Positions 1 to 8,200 of a stretch of DNA of 64,000 nucleotides are shown one piece after another. The DNA is taken from NCBI GenBank assembly GCA_017438945.1, contig JAFRUI010000013.1, forward strand, positions 29,611-93,610, read 5' to 3'. Position numbers and translations under genes: made by a program. Each line of letters starts with the position of its first letter. Position 1 is the stretch's first letter. Below the pieces are notes generated by a model, which had not been told where the DNA came from, made no database searches, and saw nothing but the letters and a program-made list of their open reading frames with translations. Source of the DNA: Bacteroidales bacterium. Lineage in GTDB: Bacteria; Bacteroidota; Bacteroidia; Bacteroidales; WCHB1-69.

Positions 1-617
1 CGGAATTTAAGCGGCAGGTTTTGGAGGTGATGCGTCAGCCGTTGGAGGAACGGCGCGTAACCATCTCACGGTCAAAGTATTCCGTGGAGTTCCCCGCCTC
101 GTTTATGTTCATCGCGGCGATGAACCCCTGTCCGTGCGGCAACTACAACCACCCGACGATTGCCTGCACCTGCAAACCCTTCGAAGTCCAGAACTATTTG
201 AGTAAGATCTCAGGACCTTTAATGGATCGCATCGACCTCCATGTTGAAGTCGTGCCAGTCAGCCATGAGGAGTTAGCGTCCGACAAGCCGTCGGAGCGGA
301 GTGCGGAGATCCGCAAGCGTGTGGTGGCAGCGCGGGAAATCCAAAAGCAGCGATTCGAGGGGTGTCAGGGAGTGTTCGCGAACGCGCAGATGAGCAGCAG
401 GATGGTGCGCGAATATTGCCGTATTGACGAGGCGGGGCAGCTGCTCCTGAAGCAGGCGATGGACCGCCTCGGCCTCTCGGCCCGCGCCTATGACCGCATC
501 CTCAAGGTGGCCCGCACCATCGCGGACCTCGACGGCAGCCCGAACATTGAGATCGGGCACCTGAGCGAGGCCATTAATTTTAGGAATTTGGATAGGGATA
601 ATTGGGGGAGGAGATGA
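1..617 (+). CDS. comM: YifB/ComM-family Mg-chelatase-like AAA+ protein, C-terminal ~200 aa only (gene starts upstream of the window)
   Basis: The frame is open from nt 3 (EFKRQVLEVMRQPLEERRVTISR). Family motifs are present: FMFIAAMNPCPCG, SGPLMDRIDLHVEV, LSARAYDRILKVARTIADL. Stop is TGA at 615-617. The track start at 21 is an internal TTG. Confidence 0.85.
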   Translation, partial: EFKRQVLEVMRQPLEERRVTISRSKYSVEFPASFMFIAAMNPCPCGNYNHPTIACTCKPFEVQNYLSKISGPLMDRIDLHVEVVPVSHEELASDKPSERSAEIRKRVVAAREIQKQRFEGCQGVFANAQMSSRMVREYCRIDEAGQLLLKQAMDRLGLSARAYDRILKVARTIADLDGSPNIEIGHLSEAINFRNLDRDNWGRR

Positions 618-685
618 TTAATTCATAATTCATAATGCATAATGCATAATCATAATGCATGATCATAATCATAATTCATAATTAA
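618..685. repeat. (CATAAT)-word array of about 9 degenerate 6-7 nt units; left arm of an inverted pair flanking the four-helix-bundle gene
   Basis: ttaattcataattcataatgcataatgcataatcataatgcatgatcataatcataattcataattaa. Begins 1 nt after the comM stop. Confidence 0.9.
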
Positions 686-695
686 ATGGTAGGAT

Positions 696-1058
696 ATGAA
701 AAGTAATAAAGATAATCTGATTGTGGTGAAGAGTACCGAATTTGCTGTGGATGTTGTTCGATTTTGTGATTGGTTGCGGAAAGAGAGAAAGGAATGGGTG
801 ATTTCTGAGCAATTGTTGAAGAGCGGCACCAGTATTGGCGCTAATATCCGAGAGGGAATAAGAGGGCAAAGCAGTTCTGATTTTTATTCTAAATTCAACA
901 TCTCTCTTAAAGAAGCAAGCGAAACAGATTATTGGCTAGAATTGTTACACAAAAGCGGTTATTTGGATAATGCCCTATATGAAGAGTTGAAAAACAAATG
1001 TGAAGAATTGATCCGCATATTAACATCAATCGTTAAACACAAAGACCATCGCAACTGA
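696..1058 (+). CDS. Four-helix-bundle protein (23S rRNA intervening-sequence protein / Avd-like family)
   Basis: 120 aa with ATG at 696. Family-typical motifs: LLKSGTSIGANIREG, FYSKFNISLKEASETDYWLELL. Confidence 0.8.
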   Translation: MKSNKDNLIVVKSTEFAVDVVRFCDWLRKERKEWVISEQLLKSGTSIGANIREGIRGQSSSDFYSKFNISLKEASETDYWLELLHKSGYLDNALYEELKNKCEELIRILTSIVKHKDHRN

Positions 1059-1090
1059 TTATGCATTATGAATTATGCATTATGAATTAA
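1059..1090. repeat. (ATTATG)-word array; right arm, reverse complement of the 618-685 array
   Basis: ttatgcattatgaattatgcattatgaattaa. Its reverse complement starts TTAATTCATAAT, identical to the first 12 nt of the left arm. It overlaps the last codons and stop of the minus-strand LytTR gene. Confidence 0.85.
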
Positions 1091-2144
1091 CATGGTAACC
1101 GCCGTGGCGCTTGCTGCCGACGTATTTGACGAGCTTGCGTTTGCGGAGCTCGGAAAGGCAACGCTCGACCGTGCTCAGCGAAATCTCGGTCTGGGCGACG
1201 ATATCTGTGGTGTTGCAGCCCGGATTCGCCTGAACGCAGGATTGAACCATGTCGAGTTTCTGCTGCGGGGGGACGACGGGCTTCCGCTTGGACTTCGACC
1301 GGGGCTTTCTCTTCGGAGCTTGTTCCCCTGCTGTTTCGGCCTTGCATCGCTGAAGACCCTCGGCGACCTGGTCGGCAATCAGGCCACTGTTTTTGGGATC
1401 CAACGTGAACGTGAGCGGCTTCTTCGTCCACGGCATCTTTTTCAGGAACACCTCGCTGCCGTTGCACGACCAGATGTACTTATACGGAACCAAAACGGTG
1501 GGCGAAATGCGGACAAAGTCTTCTTCCCCAAACAGTTGCACAAGATGTTTCATGGAGCCGAGCCGTGTAAACCAACGGTCATGCACCGTATAGATGCGGG
1601 TGAAGTTCCCGTCCTGAACACAATAGTAGATGTCGTCTTTGGGAATCATTAAGAGGTTACTCTCATTGTCTATTACATCCACCATCTGAGTGTCGCGATA
1701 GACCACATGCACCTCCGTGTCCAAGGCCTTTCGCAGTTCCTGCCGTTCGCGGAACATAAACGGGAAGAAGTTGAATGCCAAGGTACGGGCAGCCACAACT
1801 CTCCCATGATGGGTAAACATTCTGAAGGCGCCAAATTGCTCTATAACCTCCGCATTACAATATTTCATCCATTTCCAGGCGATAACCATCTCAATCAATC
1901 CTGCCACAAAGGAAACGAAAACCACTACCACCCAATAGACAACCGGATGCTTTTTATGAAGTAGGGGGTAAAACAGGAAATAGTTGGCATATATGGTGGC
2001 CAACAACAACAGCCCCGCAAGCACTTCATTGGTGACACTGCCCGCCCATGGACGAAGATAGGAGTTGTTGACAAAGAAGTAGAGCAGCACGGCGCAGAAC
2101 AAGACGTTCAGCAAAACGATAACGATGGTTCTTCGGTGTTTCAT
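1080..2144 (-). CDS. Membrane-anchored LytTR-domain protein with a K/P-rich linker and a C-terminal winged-helix module (paralog of 60004-61110)
   Basis: Hydrophobic N-terminal helices (TIVIVLLNVLFCAVLLYFFV, VLAGLLLLATIYANYFLFYPLL, VVYWVVVVFVSFVAGLIEMVIAW). LytTR-like core (IPKDDIYYCVQDGNFTRIYT...FVRISPTVLVPYKYI). C-terminus is NPGCNTTDIVAQTEISLSTVERCLSELRKRKLVKYVGSKRHGGYHV. Start moved to ATG 2144 because a -7 box lies at 2205-2212, inside the longer track ORF. Confidence 0.6.
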   Translation of the reverse strand: MKHRRTIVIVLLNVLFCAVLLYFFVNNSYLRPWAGSVTNEVLAGLLLLATIYANYFLFYPLLHKKHPVVYWVVVVFVSFVAGLIEMVIAWKWMKYCNAEVIEQFGAFRMFTHHGRVVAARTLAFNFFPFMFRERQELRKALDTEVHVVYRDTQMVDVIDNESNLLMIPKDDIYYCVQDGNFTRIYTVHDRWFTRLGSMKHLVQLFGEEDFVRISPTVLVPYKYIWSCNGSEVFLKKMPWTKKPLTFTLDPKNSGLIADQVAEGLQRCKAETAGEQAPKRKPRSKSKRKPVVPPQQKLDMVQSCVQANPGCNTTDIVAQTEISLSTVERCLSELRKRKLVKYVGSKRHGGYHVNS

Positions 2145-2204
2145 AATCGGACATCCATATTTGTTTATTATTATGCTTCTTGTTTTCGGGTCTGAAAGTC
2201 GCTG

Positions 2205-2212
2205 CAAAGATA
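2205..2212 (-). promoter_or_regulatory. Bacteroidota -7 promoter box (TATCTTTG on the minus strand) for the LytTR gene
   Basis: Plus strand reads caaagata, which matches TAnnTTTG on the minus strand. It lies 61 nt upstream of ATG 2144. Confidence 0.55.
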
Positions 2213-2334
2213 GTGAATTAATCCAAACAAAACCCCAGAAAACAGCCCCATTCCCTCACAGAAAAGCCCTCTAAAGCCCTCATAACAGCACAAAAATCAA
2301 ACATTTGCATAATGTATTGAAAATCAGATTTTTA

Positions 2335-2343
2335 CCCCCCCCC
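2335..2343. repeat. Homopolymeric C9 tract in the divergent control region
   Basis: tttttaCCCCCCCCCgaaat. The longest G/C homopolymer I noticed in the window. Confidence 0.95.
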
Positions 2344-2385
2344 GAAATATCCGTTCAAAAACCGTAATCCGGTCACATTTTTACA

Positions 2386-2414
2386 GTGAGGGAACATATT
2401 TTTTATGTGAGGGA
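2386..2414 (+). promoter_or_regulatory. Direct repeat GTGAGGGA x2 with 21-bp periodicity; candidate LytTR-type operator
   Basis: acaGTGAGGGAacatattttttatGTGAGGGAtataaa. Cores are at 2386-2393 and 2407-2414. The second core ends 23 bp upstream of the -7 box at 2438. Confidence 0.45.
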
Positions 2415-2437
2415 TATAAAAGTGTTGCGAAAGATAG

Positions 2438-2445
2438 TATTTTTG
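2438..2445 (+). promoter_or_regulatory. Bacteroidota -7 promoter box (TATTTTTG) for the giant T9SS cargo operon
   Basis: gtaTATTTTTGccg, 35 nt upstream of ATG 2480. The same ...gtatttttgcc context recurs upstream of murG, tRNA-Ser, hflX and mtgA. Confidence 0.65.
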
Positions 2446-2479
2446 CCGTCAGAAACTGATATAATTGAATGATTTCGTC

Positions 2480-5191
2480 ATGAAAAAGTTATTTATTATC
2501 CAATGGTTGATGTTGATTTCAATTCTAACTGTTGTGGCACAGGAGCCTGCTCTTCCCTACACGGCCACTTTTTCCACGTCGGAAGGATGGGTGCTGAACA
2601 ATGGTGATGCTCAGAATTACTGGATATTAGGTACCTCTGGCAGTAACAATGCACTCCTTGTGACCAACAACGGTGTCACCCCCACCTATTCCTACACCCG
2701 GAGTAATGTTGCTGCGGAAAAGACATTTGTGGTCGGGGATGCGGACAAGATTATTGTCTCTTTCGATCTGAAATGCGGCGGCAAGTACAACAAAGACTTT
2801 CTGAAGATGTTTTTGGCGCCTCCTTCCCAGATCTACGAGGGTGGAATCGCCTACTCGTGGGGTGTCAGTACGAATTCCCTCTATGCAGCCAACTTCAGCG
2901 ACCACTTCGACATGACCAACACGCCAAACTATCCTTACATTATCAATTTGACAGATGGCAAAACTATCCATTTGGATGTTCGGATGAACAATCCGATTGC
3001 CAATCCCGATACCAACTCAATTGCAAAACTGGTTTTTGGATGGGTTAATGACTACGGCAGCACTTACGATCACGGAATCCAGCCCGCACCAACAATCACC
3101 AATTTGCGTTTGAAAAGAGAGACCTGCACCCCTCTTACCGGATTGTCCGTCTCCAACATCCAGAGCCATTCAGTAGAGTTGTCGTGGAATATGCCTGAGG
3201 GTGGCACCTCTAATTATATTGTCCAATATGCTAAAGATGGCCAGAATTGGAACGATGCCTATATTACCACCGTGAACGTGCAGGACACGTCTGTGACGTT
3301 GACTGGATTGCAATCTATAACAAAATATTGGGTAAGGGTGGCACGCAATTGCGGTAGCGATACCAGTGTCTGGATCAAACAATCCTTCACTACACTTTGT
3401 GAATATATTGACACCCTTCCTTACATCTGCGACTTATCTCTTGTTTCAAGTACTATGCATCCGATTCCTGTTTGTTGGGAAAGAGGCCCAGGAAGCTGCT
3501 GCGACCCTGTTATTAGCTATGGTGCTATCAATCTTTGGATTCCCAACACCATCTCGATGCCGCATTTGAACAGACAGCTCATTGATATAAATACTGTGGA
3601 GGTTTCCTTTTCCGCCAGAAGTGAAACGAACAATGGCACCTTGATCATTGGTGTGATGACCGATGCCAGCGAAGACTCCACGTTTGTGGCTGTTGACACG
3701 CTAAGCCTGACTACATCATACGAGACTTATTTGGTTCCGATAAACGGTTACACTGGAGTTGGGGACAGAGTCTCTTTCAAATGTATCGACCACAGCGACA
3801 TATACGTGAAAGATGTGCTCCTTGACTATACGCTTTCGTGTCCAAGGCCATACGATTTGGAATCGTCCAGTCCTACGCATAACAGTATCAATTTGAGTTG
3901 GACGGGAACAGAATCATCCTGTAACCTATACTACCGAATCAAGGGGAACAATGCATTTACGGTTGTGCCGAACGTGTCGTTGAATAACAATGGCGTTTAC
4001 ACTTTGTCGGGACTGACCTCGGGTACAATTTACCAATGGTATGTGGCGGCACGATGCGATGACGGCACCGAAGCGGCAAGTCACGAACTCCACGATTTTT
4101 CTACTCTTTGCGATCCAATTGTTGAGCTTCCCGCGACTTGGGACTTTGAATATTATAACAATGAGACCATGTTGCCTGTATGTTGGAAAACATTATCCGC
4201 ATCTGCTACCATTAGGACGGACGAGTCTCACAGTGGTACACGGGTGCTGCGGCTGTACTACGTAGATAACGGGTCAAACATTGTCGTACTCCCCAAAGTG
4301 GAGGACAATCTCTATCCGATTGATAATTTGCAAATTAAGTTCTATGCCAAGAATATGGGAACTTATAGCGATTGGCATGTTCAGGTCATCGGTGGACTGA
4401 TTACGAATCCAGAGAACAGTTCCACCTTTATTCCTAACGACACAATTGATGTGATTGGTGCGGCAGGCGGAAGTTTCCAGGAATATACGCTTCGCGTGGC
4501 GGATTATCATTGGGCGGATGGCTATCCCGCCATAAGGTTTGTGAGAGTTAATGGCCCAATGTGGCTTCACATTGACGACCTGACATTGGAGGCCATCGAT
4601 TCCACATTACTCCCGGTGCGCCCCTCTGTGATGACTGTTGACGCAGACCCCATCGGACAGACAACCGCGACACTGAGCGCCACCATCAACAATCCGGACA
4701 ATCTGCTTGTCTCTGCAGCGGGTTTTGAGTGGCGTGATATTTCGGACAGCGCGTTTACGCAGGTCGATTGTTCCATCTCGAATAACGCTTTCATGACCGA
4801 ATTGACCAGCTTGACCGCAAACATGACTTACGCCTACAGGGCATTCATCACCTATTTTGGTATAACCGACTATAGTGAGGAAACGTTCTTTGCCACTTTG
4901 CCTAATAATAATGACTCGGTCCATGTTGACGACTATTTGCTCAGCTGCATCAAGCTATATCCGAATCCGGCAAATGAGTATATCGATGTACAATGTACAA
5001 TGAACGATGTACAATTGGAGGGCATTGAGGTGATAGATGTTTACGGCAAGGTAGTCCGTACCATTGTAGGTGCGAATAATCATTCGCCCCTACAGACCCG
5101 CATCAACATTTCAGGATTGGCCGGTGGCATCTATTTTGTGCGTTTGACCACCGATAAAGGCATTGTGATAAAGAAATTTGTGAAGAGATAA
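2480..5191 (+). CDS. T9SS-secreted surface protein (903 aa) with FN3 domains, beta-sandwich modules and a type A C-terminal sorting domain
   Basis: Signal peptide MKKLFIIQWLMLISILTVVAQ. FN3-like segments (CTPLTGLSVSNIQSHSVELSWN..., CPRPYDLESSSPTHNSINLSWT). GVMTD...STFVAVDT modules. C-terminus is YPNPANEYIDV...GIYFVRLTTDKGIVIKKFVKR. The track start at 2465 is a TTG. Confidence 0.85.
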   Translation: MKKLFIIQWLMLISILTVVAQEPALPYTATFSTSEGWVLNNGDAQNYWILGTSGSNNALLVTNNGVTPTYSYTRSNVAAEKTFVVGDADKIIVSFDLKCGGKYNKDFLKMFLAPPSQIYEGGIAYSWGVSTNSLYAANFSDHFDMTNTPNYPYIINLTDGKTIHLDVRMNNPIANPDTNSIAKLVFGWVNDYGSTYDHGIQPAPTITNLRLKRETCTPLTGLSVSNIQSHSVELSWNMPEGGTSNYIVQYAKDGQNWNDAYITTVNVQDTSVTLTGLQSITKYWVRVARNCGSDTSVWIKQSFTTLCEYIDTLPYICDLSLVSSTMHPIPVCWERGPGSCCDPVISYGAINLWIPNTISMPHLNRQLIDINTVEVSFSARSETNNGTLIIGVMTDASEDSTFVAVDTLSLTTSYETYLVPINGYTGVGDRVSFKCIDHSDIYVKDVLLDYTLSCPRPYDLESSSPTHNSINLSWTGTESSCNLYYRIKGNNAFTVVPNVSLNNNGVYTLSGLTSGTIYQWYVAARCDDGTEAASHELHDFSTLCDPIVELPATWDFEYYNNETMLPVCWKTLSASATIRTDESHSGTRVLRLYYVDNGSNIVVLPKVEDNLYPIDNLQIKFYAKNMGTYSDWHVQVIGGLITNPENSSTFIPNDTIDVIGAAGGSFQEYTLRVADYHWADGYPAIRFVRVNGPMWLHIDDLTLEAIDSTLLPVRPSVMTVDADPIGQTTATLSATINNPDNLLVSAAGFEWRDISDSAFTQVDCSISNNAFMTELTSLTANMTYAYRAFITYFGITDYSEETFFATLPNNNDSVHVDDYLLSCIKLYPNPANEYIDVQCTMNDVQLEGIEVIDVYGKVVRTIVGANNHSPLQTRINISGLAGGIYFVRLTTDKGIVIKKFVKR

Positions 5192-5220
5192 CTCTGTTTA
5201 TATACAAATAAAAATTCGCT

Positions 5221-8200
5221 ATGAAAAAGTCTTGTATAATATGGTGTTTGCTTTTAATGGCCACATTGTCTCTGCCGACAGAGAAGTTGGAGGCGGAAAC
5301 GAGTGGCACAGGTCTGCCATTTGCATTGTCGAATTCCCTCTCCGATTGCGATTCCCCGAACGCGTTACATGTGTCCTCTGTGGCTGGTTCATCGGCGATG
5401 GTCATCTGGTCACCGCCCACGGCTAATCTGCCCGACAGCTACATCGTGCGGTATAAGGCGGATGCACAACCTGTCTGGACGGAAGTTGTCGCTATTGACA
5501 CCTTTTTGATGTTGACAGGATTAGAGAGAGCTACTCGCTATTGTGTCAACTTGTTCTATGTCTGTGGATTTGACACCACATTGTCATCGTCGGTATGTTT
5601 TAGGACGCTTCATTATCTGGAATGCTTGGAAACAGATCCCAACCCTACTGTCATTTCGGGCTCTCCCCAATTGGAATCAGGAAGTTTTCCGATATCGGGA
5701 GCCCTCCACTCCTACCGTGAAGAGATTATCAGAGCCCACGAACTCAGTCCTGACGGTAGCCCTGTTTTGCTCACGGGTATCTCCTACCAGTACACATCCC
5801 CATATCCTTTAGATACCAAAAATCATGTGGAAATCTATTTGACACATCGTGAAGATAGTGTTTATAGTAATAGCTTTGACTTTACCCCTCTTACTGAAGC
5901 TTCTTTAGTTTATGTGGGGAATTTTTACTGTCAGTTAGGATGGAATTATTTTGAGTTTTCTACCCCGTTCTATTTTGATGGTATTCATAATCTGGTTGTC
6001 TTTGTGTTAGATAAAACAGTCGATACTGCAACCGGCAGCAAAGCATACCACAAGTTTAAATGCCACGCAATACCCAACAACTATGTTTCATTGGGTTGGG
6101 TGACCACTTCACCTTTGGATCCCAATGCACCATTTCTCCCCACAGCTGATTTCATCCGCAACAATATGCGTTTCACGGTTTGTTCGCATTCCGAAAGCGT
6201 TCCTTGCTCTCCACCTAATATTTATCATCACGAATGGTCGAACGACAGCGTAACAATATACTGGGCATCGGGGTTGAATGATTCTGTTTGGGTGTTGCGT
6301 TATAGGTTGTTGGGAGACAATGGTTGGACTTATGATTCCACGGCTACTTCGCCGTACAAGATCTATGCACCATCACCAGACAGCATATACGGCATCGAAC
6401 TCCAATCGAAATGCGGTGACAGTCTGTACAGTGTTTGGAAATCGCCATTCTCAACAACGGATTCCCCTTGTCGTCCGGTAAGCGACATCACCTTGTCGTC
6501 CGTGAGTGAGCATACCGCCGAAATCACCTGGGTCCCAGGCGGAAACGAAAGTTTTTGGACATACTATCCTGTTGCGGATTTCACCACACCCGCCCCACCG
6601 CCTGCTAATGAGGGCTGGATTGCCACGACAGACCCTCTTTTGTTAGACTCACTTGCTGAGGGACATTGTCATCATCTCTGGATTAGAGCAGGTTGCGGTG
6701 CGGGAAACCTCAGTTCAGCCCAACCCTTTGAATTTTGGACAAGTTGCCATGAAATAGACCACTTACCTTATACTGAAGATTTCAACAACCCTGAAGATAC
6801 GATATATCTTGGTGCGCAAAATTCGGGACCGCTACCGCATTGCTGGCAAAAACTGAGCCCTTATCTCAACTCAGGACCTTATTGCACCAGTGATAGCTGT
6901 CTCATGTTTTACAGCACCAACAATGAATACAAGGTGGCCATTCTGCCGCGCCTTTCCGACGACCTGCTGATTTCCCACCTCAAGATGAGCTTCTACTGCA
7001 AGAAACTGCAAAATTCCTATTCATCCTCTTTGATAGTAGGTGTGATGGACAACCCCACAGATCTTTCTTCGTTCACACCTGTGGATACAGTTTACACTCC
7101 AGATGTCAATTGGTGGAATTGGCATCAAAGGGAGGTTTTTTTCGAAAATTACACGGGGACGGGACATTACATCGCTTTGAAATATCAGAATTCTTCCTCA
7201 AATTATTTCAAGATGGACAACTTGACGATAGATACCGCGTTCACCTGCCATACGCCCACAAATCTGATGGCGACAGGCATTTCACCCTCATCCATTTACG
7301 TGACTTGGGAGGATGAGGACGGTGAGAATGAGTGGCAGGTGGCGTTAGTGCCCAGCTATCTCACAGATCCCGACAGTAATCATATTGTTACCGTGCATGA
7401 GAAACATTATCTGGCTACAAATTTGACAGATAGCAATTATGTGTTCTTTGTCCGGACACATTGTGCCAATGGGTGGGGGTACAGTGAATGGACCTCTATT
7501 CCCGTGACCTCTTTTGCTTATCAGCCCGCCACGGTTCCTTACTCCCATAATTTCGAAGCCGGAAACGAGAATGCCGCGTGGCGGATGGAAAGCATGAATC
7601 CTGTCAGTCGGTGGCAAATCGGTGTCCCTAATGGTTACAGTGATTCATTGCTCTTTGTTACCAACAACGGCACGGATGCCTCATACGGCAACTCGTTGGC
7701 TGAGGCATGGGCGTACCGGGACTTTCTGTTAAGCGATGCCACCGAATACGAGATTAGGTTCAGATGGCTTTGTAAGGGGCATTCTTCATGGGCATATATG
7801 CAGGCGTTGGTCGGGGAACCCGCACCGATACCCCCTATAACCAACTTTGCAGACATTGTCTATCCCGAGGGTTCTGTTCCGATAGGCAATTATGCACTTC
7901 AGAATAATTGGAAGACAACCCGTTACGTATTGGGAAGCGAAAACGACAATACGGTGCGGCGTCTCTACTTCCGGTGGCGTAACGCGTATAATTCTGTGTA
8001 TCCTCCGGGAGCGGTCATCGATAATGTGCAGATAGTCCCTTATCACTGTTCGCGCCCTGTGGATGTCACGTTTGAGGGAGCGACGGCACATGAAGCTTTC
8101 ATCTCCTTCTCTTCTGGGGGGATTGAGCAGGTCGCCTGGCAATATGTGATTGATGCCGGTGATTTTGACCCCGACACAGTTTCAAATGTGGTTACGGTAC

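Noticed and set aside
696-1058. The four-helix-bundle protein as the Avd component of a diversity-generating retroelement.
   Set aside because: No reverse transcriptase gene is present anywhere in the window, and I could find no template-repeat/variable-repeat pair near it. It is treated as a stand-alone cassette.
2145-2207. N-terminal extensions offered by the ORF track: 1080-2207, 59914-60003, 27023-28102, 38640-39170, 39435-39536, and the TTG starts at 2465, 22765, 43885 and 61146.
   Set aside because: In each case a TAnnTTTG -7 box lies inside or just upstream of the extension. An ATG followed by a plausible N-terminus (signal peptide, TM helix or conserved family start) lies downstream of it. 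The extensions also translate through heptamer-word spacers.
5191-5221. A possible separate promoter between the 903-aa and 1662-aa cargo genes.
   Set aside because: The gap is only 29 nt and holds no TAnnTTTG match and no hairpin. Co-transcription is more likely.
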